Positions 1 to 13,000 of a stretch of 64,000 nt of DNA are shown here, piece by piece. The position numbers were made by a program, and so were the translations under genes. Each line of letters begins with the position of its first letter. The stretch's first letter is position 1. The notes beneath the pieces were generated by a model. That model was not told where the DNA came from. It ran no database searches and saw only the letters and a program-made list of their open reading frames with translations. Source of the stretch: the human T2T-CHM13v2.0 reference genome, Homo sapiens; NCBI RefSeq assembly GCF_009914755.1, contig NC_060932.1. One strand, written 5' to 3'.

Positions 1-1335
1 TTGATTTCTACTTGTTTAGTCTATTGAAATTTTCCAGTGTATTTGGTATTTCTCTAAATGTCTTTCATTTCCAGAACTTGTGATTTTTTTTCTTTATGAT
101 ATCTATTTCTGTGGAGATTTTTTCATTCATATAATGTATTTTGTTTAAGTTGATGTTCACCTTTGTTTGGTACCTCCTTGAGTAACTTACTAACAATTAT
201 CAACCTTTGGAATTCTTTATCTGGCAATTCAGAGATTTCTTCTTGGTTTGTATCTATTGCTGGAGAGCTAGTGTGATCTTTTGGGGGTGCCATAGAACCT
301 TGTTTTGTCATATTACCAGAATTACTTTTCTGGTTCCTTCTTATTTGGGTAGACTGTTTTGGCAGAGAGATCTGGGATTCAAGCGCTGCTGTTCAGATTC
401 TTTTGTCCCTCAGGGTGATCTGTTGATGTGGTGCTCTCTCCCTTCCCCTAAGGATGGGGCTTCCTGAGAGCAGGACGTCAGAGATTGTTATTGCCTTTCT
501 GGGTCTAGCTACCCAGAGAGACTACCAAGCTCTGGGCTGGTGCTGGAAAATGTCTGCAAAGAGTCCTGTGATGTGATCTATCTTCATGTCTCCCAGCTGT
601 GGACAACAGCACCTTCTCCAGTGGAGGTGGCAGGGAAGTGTAGTGGATTCTGTGAGAGTCCTTGGCTATAGTTTTGTTTAATGTGCTGCTTTTCTCGAAT
701 GCTGGTTATGCTAACAGTGAAGTTGTCATGTGGACATATTCAGGACCTCTGGTTAGCTAGGATGTTGCAGGCAGCAGAAACAGCTGTTGTTTTCTCCTTC
801 TTTGGAGCCGACTTGTTCTGTTATGAGTTGCTGTAATGGCTTGAGTTGGTTGGCCTCCAGCCAGGAGGTGGCACTTTCAAGAGAGCACCAGCTGTGGTGG
901 TAGAAGGGGAATATAAGCTTGCCCTAAATTGGCCAGGATAAGTATTCAAGTTTCTCAGGTGATGGGCGGGGCCATAGAGCTTCCAAGAGATTATCCCTTT
1001 TGTATCCCTTCAGCTACCAGGATAGGTAGAGAAAAACCATCATGTGGGGACAGGGTTAGGTGGGTTTGAGCTGCCAGACTCTCCTCACTGGGGCTTGCAG
1101 AGGCCATTGTGGGAGACAGCAGGGTGGTTCTCAGGCCACTGGAGCTATGGTCCAAATGGTATTATGGCTACCTGTACTGTGTTGTTCAGGTGGCATGGCA
1201 GGCAGGGCTGAGATCTTGCCCCAGGCTACAAGCTTCCCTGCTGAGAAAGCAAGCAGGGCTTTAAGGCAACCTCTGCATTTGTATCTGCACTTCCTGTTTG
1301 CCCCTCACCTCCTTAGATTCAGCTCAGAAAAATTT
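1..1335 (-). mobile_element. L1PB-type LINE-1 5' portion (5'UTR plus start of ORF1), running off the window start
   Basis: Minus ORF 123-311 MTKQGSMAPPKDHTSSPAIDTNQEEISELPDKEFQRLII resembles the L1PB ORF1p N-terminus; 310-1335 is homologous to the L1 5'UTR at 4790-6149. Confidence 0.9.
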
Positions 1336-1344
1336 ATGGGATCT

Positions 1345-1665
1345 TTTTCTCCTGTAGATATTTGTATGGCTCACTCTATATCTTCAGGCACCAACTCAAA
1401 TGTCATCTATCGTGAAGTCTTTCCTGATTATTATACAGAACATAATCACATGCTCACACACAGCATTCTCTATCCTCCTATCCTGCTATAATTTTATCCA
1501 TAGCATATAACATCAGATGTGTATTTATTACCTAAGGCTCCTAGTAACACAGAAGCACTAAGAAACCAGTGACTTAACTTGATCCATTCATTTTCCACCC
1601 CTTTGGTGCCTAGAAGACTGGCTGGGATACAGAGGTATGTAAAAAGTATCTGTTAAATGAATAGT
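1345..1665 (+). mobile_element. L2 3' end relic
   Basis: ctcaaatgtcatct...tgcctagaagactggctgggatacagagg...tatctgttaaatgaat resembles the L2a 3' terminus. Confidence 0.55.
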
Positions 1666-3626
1666 TATTGAATGTCTAAAGAAATAAATGACCAAATTGG
1701 GTACATGAATGATGTATGTGAAAGCAAAAAAAATCACAGACTATACAACAGGTTGTACCCTGTCACCAAAGAATGAATGACAAAACTTGATCATTCCTGC
1801 TGAGAATTTGGTCCCTCACTCCTACTCTGGGTCCTTTATTTTGTTTCAGTCATTATTGTTCTTCTATATAGGTACTGTTGGAAATATGTGTTCCTTTTCA
1901 GAACCCTTGTTACTTGTCATAAAGTGCCTTGAAAGATCAATTTGCTGAAAGTTAAATTTTTAAAAATTTATTGAAAACAATGCATTTCCTCCACCAATTT
2001 TCTTACCTTTCAGTACTCATAGTTCATTTCTATCTGCCTGTTCATTTTCTTAATAGAGAATCCATGTATTCATTTATTTGAGAAATATTATTGATAATCT
2101 ATTATGTGCCAGGCAATGTTCAGTGAATGTATTCTCTTTAAGTTTAATGCTTTGTACCTTTTTCCCTGGCAACCACGTTCTCTGTATGGGATCGATGTTT
2201 CCCTGAAACGTTAGTGCTTTCTACATATTCTATTGATGGAAGGCACTTTCAGCAGGAGAAAAAAATCATTTTCAACCCAGAGTGTAAGACGAAAATAGAT
2301 GCCCCACTTTTTAGAAACATTAACAGCCTGACATTTCCTGTGTACACCGTTAAGTAAACTCCTAAAAACATCAAGTGATGTACATTACTGTTTCTTCATA
2401 TTCAAGAAGACATCAGTTATAATATCATTAGTTCTGTTTAATAACAAATAGAAAATTATTAAATAAGCCAAATATTAGGAATGATTGGTGTGGAAATAAT
2501 GAGAATTAAGAACTGGAGAAAATATTATTTATGTGGAAGTAAATGTGGAAAAAATACAAAAATAAAAACCAGGAGTTTTTTCATAATGGCTCTTGGTCAT
2601 CTTTCAGATGCCTTTTAGATCATCTGAGTTCTGTTTTTCCTAGAGAGATAGCCTTTAGGTTACCAAGCTACCACTGGTTTCCTGATGCTGTAAAACTTAA
2701 CTGTGCCTACTAAGCAACTTCTGAAGATAAAGAGAAATTTTCCCTTAGGGGATTAAACAGGGACTATATTAAGTTACAACAGATATTTAACTCCACCAAT
2801 TGGTTGGTTGGTTGTTAACTAATACATTACAATTAATTTAACTTTATATGATCAAGATGTTGAATTGCAAGCCTCTCTGTTAGCCTCCTGCAGCAATAAA
2901 AGCTTTTCCTTCTGTTGTCCATATGCTGGAATTCAGGCTTAAGTGTGTGGATATGTTATTGGATGCCGGAGTGGTTCTTTATATCCTGAACTCACAAGGC
3001 CAGCTATGGATGTTTATTCTCTCCTACCTAATTCTGGGCAAATTTTGCTTCCTTCTCCAAGTATAAATGGATTGCACAATTTATTGCATTGTTTATAAAC
3101 AAGAACATGAGAATACACACTACATTTCAATTTATGATGCTTCCTTCATTATAACATTACTTACTGTAGATCTGTTAGACAGAAATAATATTTAGCTCTT
3201 TAATGATCTGGAATGTGTGTTGGTATAGAATGTATAACTATCCTGCTCCTGTTGTGCCCCTCACTCATACTGTATTGCCACTATCCTCATATCTTCAACT
3301 CTTAGGAATAATATTCCAAGTTCTACTTCAATACATTTTATTGTTATACTTAGAAATAAAGTTGTCTACTTTACTTTTCTGGATTATATTTCTCCAGTTT
3401 TGATCTCCGGGTTCTACTAACTTTATAACATCAATGGAGGAGATTTCTTTATTCTTCTAAATCCTGCAAATGTTTACATAGTACAGAAATCTTTGCCTTT
3501 AAAAAATAAGTTCATCACCAGTCTGACAAGAGACTTGTCTGAATGAAATTATTTTGTACACATTTTCTCTATTTCTTCTGTATTTATCAGTTAATTTAGG
3601 CTTCCAACCATTCTTGAGTTAGCTTT

Positions 3627-6149
3627 TTTCTTCATTTTTAATTTTTTTTTAAATTTTTCCTTAAGTTATTGGGGTACAAGTGGTATTTGGTTACGTGAGT
3701 AAGTTCTTTAGTGGTGATTTGTGAGATTTTGGTGCACCCATCACCTGAGTAGTATACACTGTACCATATTTGTAGTCTTCTATCCTCGCCCTCCTCCCAC
3801 TCTTCCCCTCGAGTCCCCAAAGTCCATTGCATGATTCTTATGCCTTTGTGTCTTCATAGCTTAGCTCCCACATATCAGTGAGAACATACGATGCTTAGTT
3901 TTCCATTCCTGAGTTACTTCACTTAGAATAATAGTCTCCAATCTCATCCAGGTCACTGCAAATGTTAATTCATTCTTTTTTATGGCTGAGTAGAATCCCA
4001 TCGACTGTATCTTTCCTTCATATATGATGCTTAGTTTCACTGGATTCAAAATTCTTGGCTAATAATTGTTTTGTTTGAGGAGGCGGAAGATTTGCCCGGT
4101 GCTTCTGTCTTACAGCTCTTAAGATTCTTTCTTTTGTCTTAACTTTGGAACTTTGGATAACCTGATGACAGTGTGCCTGGGTGAAGATCTTTTTGCGATG
4201 AACTTCCTGGGTATTCTTTGTGCTTCTTGTATTTAGAATGTCTAGGTCTCTAGCAAGGCCAGGGAAGTTTTCCTTGATTATTTCCCCAAATATCTTTTCC
4301 AAGCTTTTAGAATTCTCTTCTTCCTTGGGAACACTGATTATTCTAAAGTTTGGTCGTTTACCATAATCCCAGACTTCTTGGAGGCTTTGTTCATATTTTC
4401 TTATTCTTCTTTCTTTGTCTTTGTTGGATTGGGTTAATTCAAAGACCTTGTCTTCAAGATCTGAATTTCTTTCTTCTGCTTGTTCAATTCTATTGCTAAG
4501 ACTTTTCAGAGTATTTTGCATTTCTAAAAGTGTATCCAAAGTTTCCTGAATTTTTTATTGTTTTTTCTTTGGGGTATCTATTTCTTTGAATGTTTCTCCC
4601 TTCACTTCTTGTATCATATTTTGGATTTCCTTGCATTGGGCTTCACCTTTATTGAGTGCTTCCCTGATTAGCTTAATAACTAACCTCCTGAATTCTTTTT
4701 CAGGTAAATCAGGGATTTCTTCTTGGTTTGGGTCCATTGCTAGTGAACTAGTGTAATTTTTTGGGGGGTGTTGAAGAGCCTTGTTTTGTCATATTACCAG
4801 GGTTGGTTTTCTGGTTCCTTCTCATTTGGGTAGGCTCTTTCAGAGGGAAGGTCTAGGGCTGAAGGCTGCTTTTCAGATTTCTTTGTTTCACAGAATATTC
4901 CCTTGATGTAGTACTCTCCCCCTTTTCCTATGAATGTGGCTTCCTGTCATTTGAACTGCAGTGATTGTTTTCTCTCTTCTGCGTCTAGCCACCCAGTGAG
5001 TATATCCATCTCCGGGGGCGGGTAATGGGGGTTGTCTGCACAGAGTTTTGTGATGTGAACCATCTATAGGTCTCTGTTGTGGACAGAGACCATGCCTGTT
5101 CCGGTGGAGGTGGCAGGGGGCAGGGAGGTGCAATGGACTTTGTGAAAGTTCTTAGCTTTGGTGATTTAATGCTCTATTTTTGTGCTGGTTGGTCTCCTGC
5201 CAGGAGGTGGCACTTTCCAGAAAGCATCAACTGTAGTAATAAGGGGAGGAACTGCAGTGGGCGGGGCCCTAGAACTCCCAAGATTATATGCCCTTTGTCT
5301 TCCGCTAGCAGGTCAGGTAGGGAAGGACCATCAGGTAGGGATGGGGCTTGGCATGTCTGAGCTGAGACTCTCCTTGGGCAGGTCTTGCTGGGGCTGCTGT
5401 GGGGGGTGGAGGTGAGATTCACAGGTCACTGGAGTTGTGTACCTAGGAGTATTATGGCTGCCTCTGCTGAGACATGCAGGTTGTCAGGGAAGTGGGGGAA
5501 AGCCGGCAGTCACAGGCCTCACCCAGCTCCCACACAAACCGAAGGGTCGGTCTCACTCCCACTGTGTCCCCCTGCAACAGCCCCCAGAACATGTCCCCCT
5601 GCAACAGCCCCCAGACAGTTTCCAGGCGGAAAGCATAAGGGCTTGAAAACCTGCCCCAGGCTACCCACCTCCCAGCTGCCAAAGAAAGGGCTAGGTTCTT
5701 CCCCAGCCTGTGAAGTCTGCACACCAGATTTGCACCCTCCCCCGAGTTCTGGCCAGGAGGCTTCTCACCCCGTTCAAATTGTTACGGGGTTCAGCTGAGA
5801 TTTCCTTCTCCCTGTGGAGTTTTACCACCTGCTCCTCCCCTGTTGGATCCCTATGGTGCCAGGCAGGCATGGGCTGCTCGGGGACCAGAGAGCTCCCAGG
5901 GCCTTCCTGCTGCTTCGTCTACCCCTGTATTTTGCTTGGCTCTACAAATTGACTCAGCTCCAGGTAAAGTCAGAAACTTCTCCCGCTAACAGACCTTCAG
6001 CTTCTCCAGTGGGGGTGTGTGTTCAGGAGAAGAGGGTCTCCCTTTCCCAATTCTGAAGTTGGGGCACTCACAGTTTTGCGGGGGGTCTCCTGGGTCGTGC
6101 AAGAGCAGTCCACTTCCTTCAGAGGGTCTGTGGGTCCTCTTGGGATTGC
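3627..6149 (-). mobile_element. L1PB1-like LINE-1, internally deleted (5'UTR + disrupted ORF1 + end of ORF2 + 3'UTR)
   Basis: ORF1 fragments at 4555-4737 and 4018-4539; ORF2 C-terminus (TWMRLETIILSEVTQEWKTKHRMFSLICGS) at 3861-4002; L1PB1-type 3'UTR and T-rich tail; exact 15-bp TSD TCTTGAGTTAGCTTT at 3612-3626 and 6150-6164. Confidence 0.95.
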
Positions 6150-6382
6150 TCTTGAGTTAGCTTTATTAATTTATATTTTTCTTAAAATATTCTATTTCCT
6201 CAAGACTTTCAAATATATCACCATAGAATTATATGCACTGTAATTGCAAATTTTGTCTCTTTTATTAATCTCATTAAAATCTGCTCCTCAATTTTTATTG
6301 AGTATTTTTTTCCTTTTTCAAAGCATTGCCAGAAGGAGGATTTATCTGATTATTTTTTAATAAACAAGTTCCTGAATATATC

Positions 6383-6914
6383 TGTATTACTTTTCTATCA
6401 TTGCTGTAACAAATTGCCACAAACTTGGTGGCTTAAAGCAACACAAATGTATCATTCTCTGTGAGTAAGCAATGTGACAGGAGTCTCACTATACTAAAAT
6501 CAAGGCATCATAGGTCTTCACTCCTCTCTGTGGGCTCTAAGTGATGTTCCATTTCCTTGCTTTTTCCGGGTTCTAGAGTTCACCCCCATTCCTTGGTTCA
6601 TAGGCCCCTCCTCCGCCTTTGAAATCAGCAAAAGGCGAGTACTTTTCACATCACGTCACTCTGACCTTCTGCAGTCACAACTGTCCCTGACTGTCCCCAC
6701 TTCCATCTCCCTTTTCCACTTTTAAGGACCTTTGTGATTTCACTGGGCTCATCCAGACTAAACAGAATAATGTCTCTATTTTAAAGTCAGCTAATTAGTA
6801 ACTTTAATTCTCCCTGCAACCTTAATTCTTCTTTGCAGTGTAAACTAACATGTTCACAAGTTTGGGGGTTAGAATACGAATATCTTGGGTGGGGGCATTA
6901 TTCTGCCTACCAAA
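6383..6914 (-). mobile_element. MLT1D-like MaLR solo LTR
   Basis: Starts tgtattacttttctatcattgctgtaacaaattgccacaaacttggtggcttaaa, ends gggggcattattctgcctaccaaa; flanks atatc/atata are a near TSD. Confidence 0.85.
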
Positions 6915-7359
6915 ATATAAAGTAAACTTTTGATGTTTTATAATCATTTTCCTACCTTTCTTTTTATTGTTTCTTCCTGCTTCCTTACTGTAATTTTATT
7001 GCCATTTTTAAAGTTTCAGTTATGTGTTTAGCTTATTTATTTTTACTTTCTAACAAAAGATTTTAAATCATAGAATTTTTATTTCAGTACAGCTTTAGTT
7101 GTATCCCTGAGGATTTAATAATCATATCTAGAGAGTTTCTAAATATTAGAAATGATTGGTTTAAATTTACATGTGCCTGCATTCTCTTTAAATAAACTTT
7201 TATTATTTACTTCTATTTTTATTGGAAATTGGTTCAATTTTTCTTTAGAGGTTTTCTTTGTCACATATAATGGGGGCCTATTTTTAAGAACATTCCACCC
7301 AAATTTGGAATGAATAACTAGTTTCTACTTACATTTTGTAGACAAAATGTTTCTTATTA

Positions 7360-7500
7360 ATAACAATAATGACAATACCATTTTAAGTGTTTACTTGGTA
7401 CTACACTATGTCATTATAAATATTATCTCAATTAATCTTCATAGTGACTATGAGTAGGTATTATTATCCTCAATTTACACAAGGAGAAACAAAGCCACAT
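7360..7500 (-). mobile_element. MIR
   Basis: tattatctcaattaatcttcatagtgactatgagtaggtattattatcctcaatttacacaaggagaaac is the antisense MIR core. Confidence 0.75.
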
Positions 7501-7589
7501 CACTGGTAGATGAGAAAAGCAACACTTTATTGTTATATTGGTTATTCAATGTTAAGGAAACACATAATTGTAATGCTTTACACGTTTAC

Positions 7590-7663
7590 TTTTTTTCTAC
7601 TTTTATTTTAAGTTCAGGGAGTACATGTGCAGGTTTGTTACATGGGTAATTGTGTGTCACTGA
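7590..7663 (-). mobile_element. Very short L1PA (old, PA13-16-like) 3' end
   Basis: ttttattttaagttcagggagtacatgtgcaggtttgttacatgggtaa. Confidence 0.8.
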
Positions 7664-8829
7664 CCCTTCTTTTTTTAAGTCTGCTTTAATTCTTTAAACC
7701 TGAGGGCCGAGTGAGGTAGTAAAATTTCTCACAACTCTGTTTCTATTGATTCCTTCGGTCTTAGTTTCTGTTTAATGTAGTTTGATGTTAGTTTGGTCAC
7801 CACATGCTATCTCATGAGCATTTATCTTCACTTGTAAACTGTATTTTTTTTAGTTGAAAATGACTCTCTTTGCATATACTACCACTTCTACTTTGCCTGT
7901 GTTTAATATTGCACTCATATTTCCCTCACCCTCCTTTGTTTCTTTATTTCTTTTGCCTAACGTATCTGCCCATTCATTTTTAACATTTTGCATCACTTTT
8001 GGTTAGATGTGCAGGGTGAGCATAATGTTTTTAGTTGGATTTTGTTTACTAACTCAATCTCAGTGTCTGTTTTAAACAGAGTTTTAAAGTAATTTGTGTT
8101 TTTCCATAACTGATTACTTCAGCCTCACTTTTATCAGCTGATTTTTTTTCCTTGTTTTCTATTTTCTGCTATGAGGAATATTGCAGAATATGTTGTCTTA
8201 GCTTTGGTCTTCTCTAGTGTTTAAAAAAGTATTTGGCCTCTTTTTAATACTAGTAGTGTTACCATTATCTTTCAAAGGCATCTTTAAGGTATAGTTCTTC
8301 AATTATCAAACTTTAAACCAAATACAGTAGCATTAGACTGTTCCTTATCTAAGTGGAGGATTTTATATACTTTCACTTAATGCCATATATCTCTATTCCA
8401 CTTGCCTGCCAGTCTTATTTTAAAAATCTAGGTTTTAACTTAGATTATTGTTAATAAATTTCCTTTTTTGCATTTATATAAACTATTATGTAAAAAATAC
8501 TGTAAAATTTGTGTCTACATTTTTACCATATGAACTACAATTATTTGGACTTTCCTTTTTTTTATATTAGTTTTACTGTGTACCAGAGTCAATTCTTGGT
8601 CAGTTCTCACCCAGTTTTGCAGATGGTACTCTATTTCCTTCCTCATTAATAACAATGTGGATTAATGTGAAAATATAGAAAGACCTCATTCAGGGCTTTC
8701 CTTTTTGCCCTTTCCCCATCTTAGCAAAAGAAAGGAATTAACCTTCTAAGAAAACTAAAAGGAATTAAAAAAAGAGGTATCCCCAGAATTCCTAGGCTTG
8801 CAATTTCAACTGGATTTCAGTCACTACAG

Positions 8830-9235
8830 CCTCATTCTTGGATTCATTCCCAAAGGCACTTGCAGAAGTGTGAGCACTCCATGGGCCATGCCTTGGCTCT
8901 GTGGTTCCACTTTCCTGCTCTACTTCAAGGCCAGCATATACAATAAGGATCTCCTCTTCCCATCTCCATCCTCATCTCCTGGTTAGCTCTTACTCCTTCA
9001 TCTCTAAGTCTCAAGTATCTCAAATATAATTTCCTCAGGAATACTTTCCTCACCTTCTAAATCAATCAGGTTCACCTACAGTTTGTGATTAGGTATTTAT
9101 TTATCTAGTTATTTGTTCTGTATCTGTTCCACTGCGTTATAAGTTCCATACATACATGAAAGGCCTCCATTTTTCTGACTGCCAGATTCCTAGTCCCCGG
9201 TAGTACCTAGCACATGGTAGAGACTCAATAAATTC
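8830..9235 (+). mobile_element. L2 3' region
   Basis: Ends agtacctagcacatggtagagactcaataaat, the L2 terminal motif. Confidence 0.65.
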
Positions 9236-9640
9236 ATTCCTTTTTTCAAGACAAGTTTTTGAACATGTACTGCATGTCATACACAAGTTTAGATGCTGGG
9301 CATGCGGAAGAGGTCCCATGGAGCTTACATTCCAGTGGAGGGAGGCAGGAAATCAATGTAAGTTAGTGACACAGGCTTTAAAGAAAACAACATCGGGCAA
9401 TGTCAGTGTCTAGAGAGCTGGGCGGCTACTGTCATTACAGTGTTCAGGAAAAGTGTAATTGAGGATGTGACATGAAAGATTAGATCAAACCAAAGAGAAG
9501 AATGTAGCCACATGAAGATCAGGGAAAGAACTACCCAGGCAACAGGAAAAGTAAAAGAAAATGTCCTAACACCCAACTAAGCTTTGCTTTCCAAAGAGCA
9601 GAAAGGACAGGAAAGGTGGTCTATATGCATGGAGGATAAG
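9232..9640 (-). mobile_element. L2 3' region, tail-to-tail with the previous L2
   Basis: catggagcttacattccagtggagggaggcag...tagccacatgaagatcagggaaagaactacccaggcaacagg is antisense L2. Confidence 0.7.
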
Positions 9641-9809
9641 AGGGGCAAAAGATAAGAATCAGAGTACAAAATGAGAATGAGCCTGGTGAGTCCAAGGAGA
9701 GAAAGAAGGGGAGTGGGGATGAACAGGGGCATAGTGATAAAGAAGGAGTGTGGTCGAGGATTAGCATCTCCTCCAGCATTGATTATTCTTCTAATAAGTT
9801 CTAGACCTT

Positions 9810-10001
9810 CTGTTGAGCTTTTTATCTACATTGTCTCATTTAATTCTCAACCAGAGGGATTATCGTTCAACTTAACAGATAAGGAACTTGAAATTTTAAG
9901 AGTTTAGCAATTCGCTAAAGATTCAACCAATCATATGTGGCGAAGACAAAGTTTGACCTTACCTCTGCTGGACCCCAGAGGTTGTGTGTTTAACCGCTAT
10001 C
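9810..10001 (-). mobile_element. MIR
   Basis: ttgtctcatttaattctcaa...ttaacagataaggaacttga...tttaaccgctat. Confidence 0.7.
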
Positions 10002-13000
10002 CCTTACAGAGTGGCACTCAGACAGACAGGGTTGTTCACAATAATTGGAGTAAAACACATTGTAAGAGAAGTACCATAAGATTTGAATTTGTCTTTGCCT
10101 CCTTAGACAAATGCTTTCATTTTGTCTTCACTTATTGGTTGTTCATCCTCTCTAACAATGCACTATACAAAAATGTGTATCTACAGTCCTTTCAGCTTCA
10201 TTCAAACAAGACCAACTTATATGCAGCTGGTGAGTGAATGCCTCTAGCAGAAAGCTGCACATAGCACAACTCCTTAAGTGTAAGCTCAATCTCTAGTAAC
10301 TCCATCTACTACTGCTGTATAAATCACTGTGTGCTATATATGTCCATATTATTCATTCCCAAACATGCACTAGTTAATGAGAATGCTAGTCCATGACCTT
10401 GTTTATCTTCTTAAGTTTTAGCAAGGGTGTAACTTAGTTTATAGGTTTTAGCAAAATCTTCTCAATCAATCAACATATGCAATCAGAAAACATGCAAAGG
10501 GATGACCAATGACCCAAATTGCCTTGTACTTTTTTCCGCTTCTTTTGTTTGGTTTTCTTTTTGTCGCCTTGGTGCTTCCTATTCTATACCATCAACACTA
10601 TTTTCTCTGAGACTGGTTTGCCTTGTGGTGACTAAAGGAAGTGGGTAATTACATTGAGGAGTGACAAGAGAGAAGGTATCTCCACTCCCTCAGGCTTAAG
10701 TTGTGAAGCAATGTTATTTTCTTGTTCATGAAAAATATTCTAAGGAAATAAAGTTTACCACTTTTTATTTAAGTGAAAATAACCTTAGAGTTTAGTGTAA
10801 TTGTTTATTATATTCTCAGCACTACCTTTTCCTAATTGTCCCAATGCATGTGTATTTTAAATATTGTTATTAAAAAGAAAAGACTAGATTTCTCAGCAAG
10901 GCCCATCACTTATTTTAAAATGAAACAGATTACTAATTTTGCTGCAAGCAAAGCAAATCAGTTAATTTGTCATGAAAAACTCCATCTCCTAGCCAAAAAC
11001 ATAAATCAGTCCAGTTTTTACTCTGTCTATGAAATATCACACAAACTAGTTTTGGCTTTGATGTAACCCCACGTATCAATCTGTAAGTTTTGTTCAGGGA
11101 GTATTGTTAATATTAATGAGTTTTTATCCATGATGTTGCTTCTCCCGAATCCCACCCAGCCTGGAAATGGCCCAAGAAAGATGGAGTGGTGGGACAGGGT
11201 GGACATGGAGCAAAACGGTTCTCATTAGGGATCTGAAGACACCCGCTTCTAAGTCATTCATGCTCCCAATTGCTTGTGTTACCACTTATTTTCCATGCCT
11301 GTCTTCCAGTTGCCATGTGTTCCCAATTAAAGTGGCATGTTTGCACTTTAGCTCCCAGTTGCCTGCTTGCCCTTCATTTTTAATAGCTTATATATTTCTC
11401 TCAGTATATCATTTTTTGGAAGAATTTAAAAGAAACTCTAGGCATGCTGTAATCGGTATTATTAGTTTCAGCAGACTGATTAGGTATGGAGACTGTATGA
11501 CTCACATTTTTGATGTGGTCCATGTATTTGATGGTACTTCATTGAAACACATCTTTCTGGCCATGATGACAGCATCGAGGGAGACAGAGCTCTGCTCCTG
11601 GCAACATATTCTGATCAACAATTCTACCATGACATGAAAATATAAAAGTAGAGCATGTGTGGTGTTTCCCAGTTATTTTAGCAACAGTAAAAATTCTTCT
11701 TAAAAATAATGTGGTTCTTATCTATAAGGTTATATTCTTATCTATAAGAACCTGAATGAAAAACTTAGACCGATATTATTTTTTTTCTCCAATAAAATGA
11801 AAGAGGTAAGTACTGGTCAAATCAGTATTTTGATGGTTTGAGTGATAGTGGGGACTCTGGAATCCAACTTCCTCAGCCTCTCACCTCAACTCTAGAACCC
11901 AGTGAAATAGAGACAAATATTGACTTTGCAGCCTCTCTGTGAGTAGTTCCATTTGAGAATACCAGATGGAACTGAAAGTGTCTCTTGTGCCCCTCTCCGC
12001 AACCATCATGAGTCTGGTGAATGACATCAACAACTTGCTCACCCATATCACTTTGATGCATTCATGGAGATCACACCAAAGTGGGAGTTTCCATTTCTTT
12101 ACCTGGACTCTACTTGGAGTTAGTACTCAGAAGCAGTGGATTCAAAGCAGAAAATTAAAGACAGAAAATAAAACCACTTAACACTCCAACACAGGAAAGT
12201 CACAGCTGCCCCTTTTTCTCTGGGCTGTCTTCTCCAACTCTTCCCTGACTGCTCCCAGAAAGTGCCCCTTGCAATTACCAGTGGGGTCTAATAAGCCATG
12301 CTAACAAATTGGCAAGTGTTAAAAACTACTAACAAGTAATAGGGGTCTTCCTTACATAAATACTTAGAATTGAAGAGGAATTTGAAATTTTTGAAAAGAC
12401 AGAGGGCAGAAGTCTGAAGCAGTTTATGTCAGGAATAGCTGTCACAGTCTCTTTACCAAGATCTTTAGAACCTGTCCCATCAATAGAAGTCCATAAAAGT
12501 TATGTGGGTTAATGAAAAAAAAACTTTGCCTAGGGTTGGTCTTCTGAAATGTGCACAGATAGTAAGTCATCAGGAATGTCCTGTTCAGTTGTGAGAGGCA
12601 GCAATGCATGTGTAAGCAAGTAAAAACAGACGCTCGCCCAGCCCTCAGGGAATTTTAGATTTCCCTCAGTACATTTGTAAGACGGGTTCAATGTAATTTT
12701 CCCATAACATGAATATACGGGAAGTGATCTTTCCAAGAACACACAGTGAGACAGTAGACAAGAAGTCTAAGAACTAGACCAGATGTCACAAACTGTGAAG
12801 TCTATTCTCAACCCTTTCACTAACTCACTGATGTGGTTTAGATTAATTCGCTCAATTTCTAATCCTTTTATTAAAAACAATGCTTCCTGTTTATTTTTAG
12901 AATCATCCATTCAAAAGCTTTAGTTCTTTTTCATTTCCATTGTAAGTTATACCAAAATAAGAGTTAGAACTTCATATCAAACTATCATGACATCCACTTA

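Larger units (their letters stand above)
6950..8590 (-). mobile_element. Highly decayed ancient L1M fragments
   Basis: T-rich sequence with antisense L1 ORF2-like motifs, e.g. tacagctttagttgtatccc; boundaries approximate. Confidence 0.4.

Noticed and set aside
4018-4737. Intact L1 ORF1
   Set aside because: Split by frameshifts and an internal deletion, so it cannot encode full ORF1p
5565-5615. 24-bp direct repeat in the L1PB1 5'UTR, and similar short repeats at 11715-11748, 16347-16382, 40590-40609 and 62458-62486
   Set aside because: Two-copy slippage micro-duplications, common in primate DNA; not CRISPR-like or otherwise arrayed
10107-10229. 123-nt plus-strand exon-like segment (ccttag|...CTG|gtgagt) with an open frame
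   Set aside because: T-rich, intron-like composition and no recognisable peptide; indistinguishable from a pseudo-exon without expression data
11167-11637. 156-aa ATG-initiated ORF, the longest non-repeat ORF
   Set aside because: No recognisable domain or family similarity and no supporting gene structure; consistent with a chance ORF
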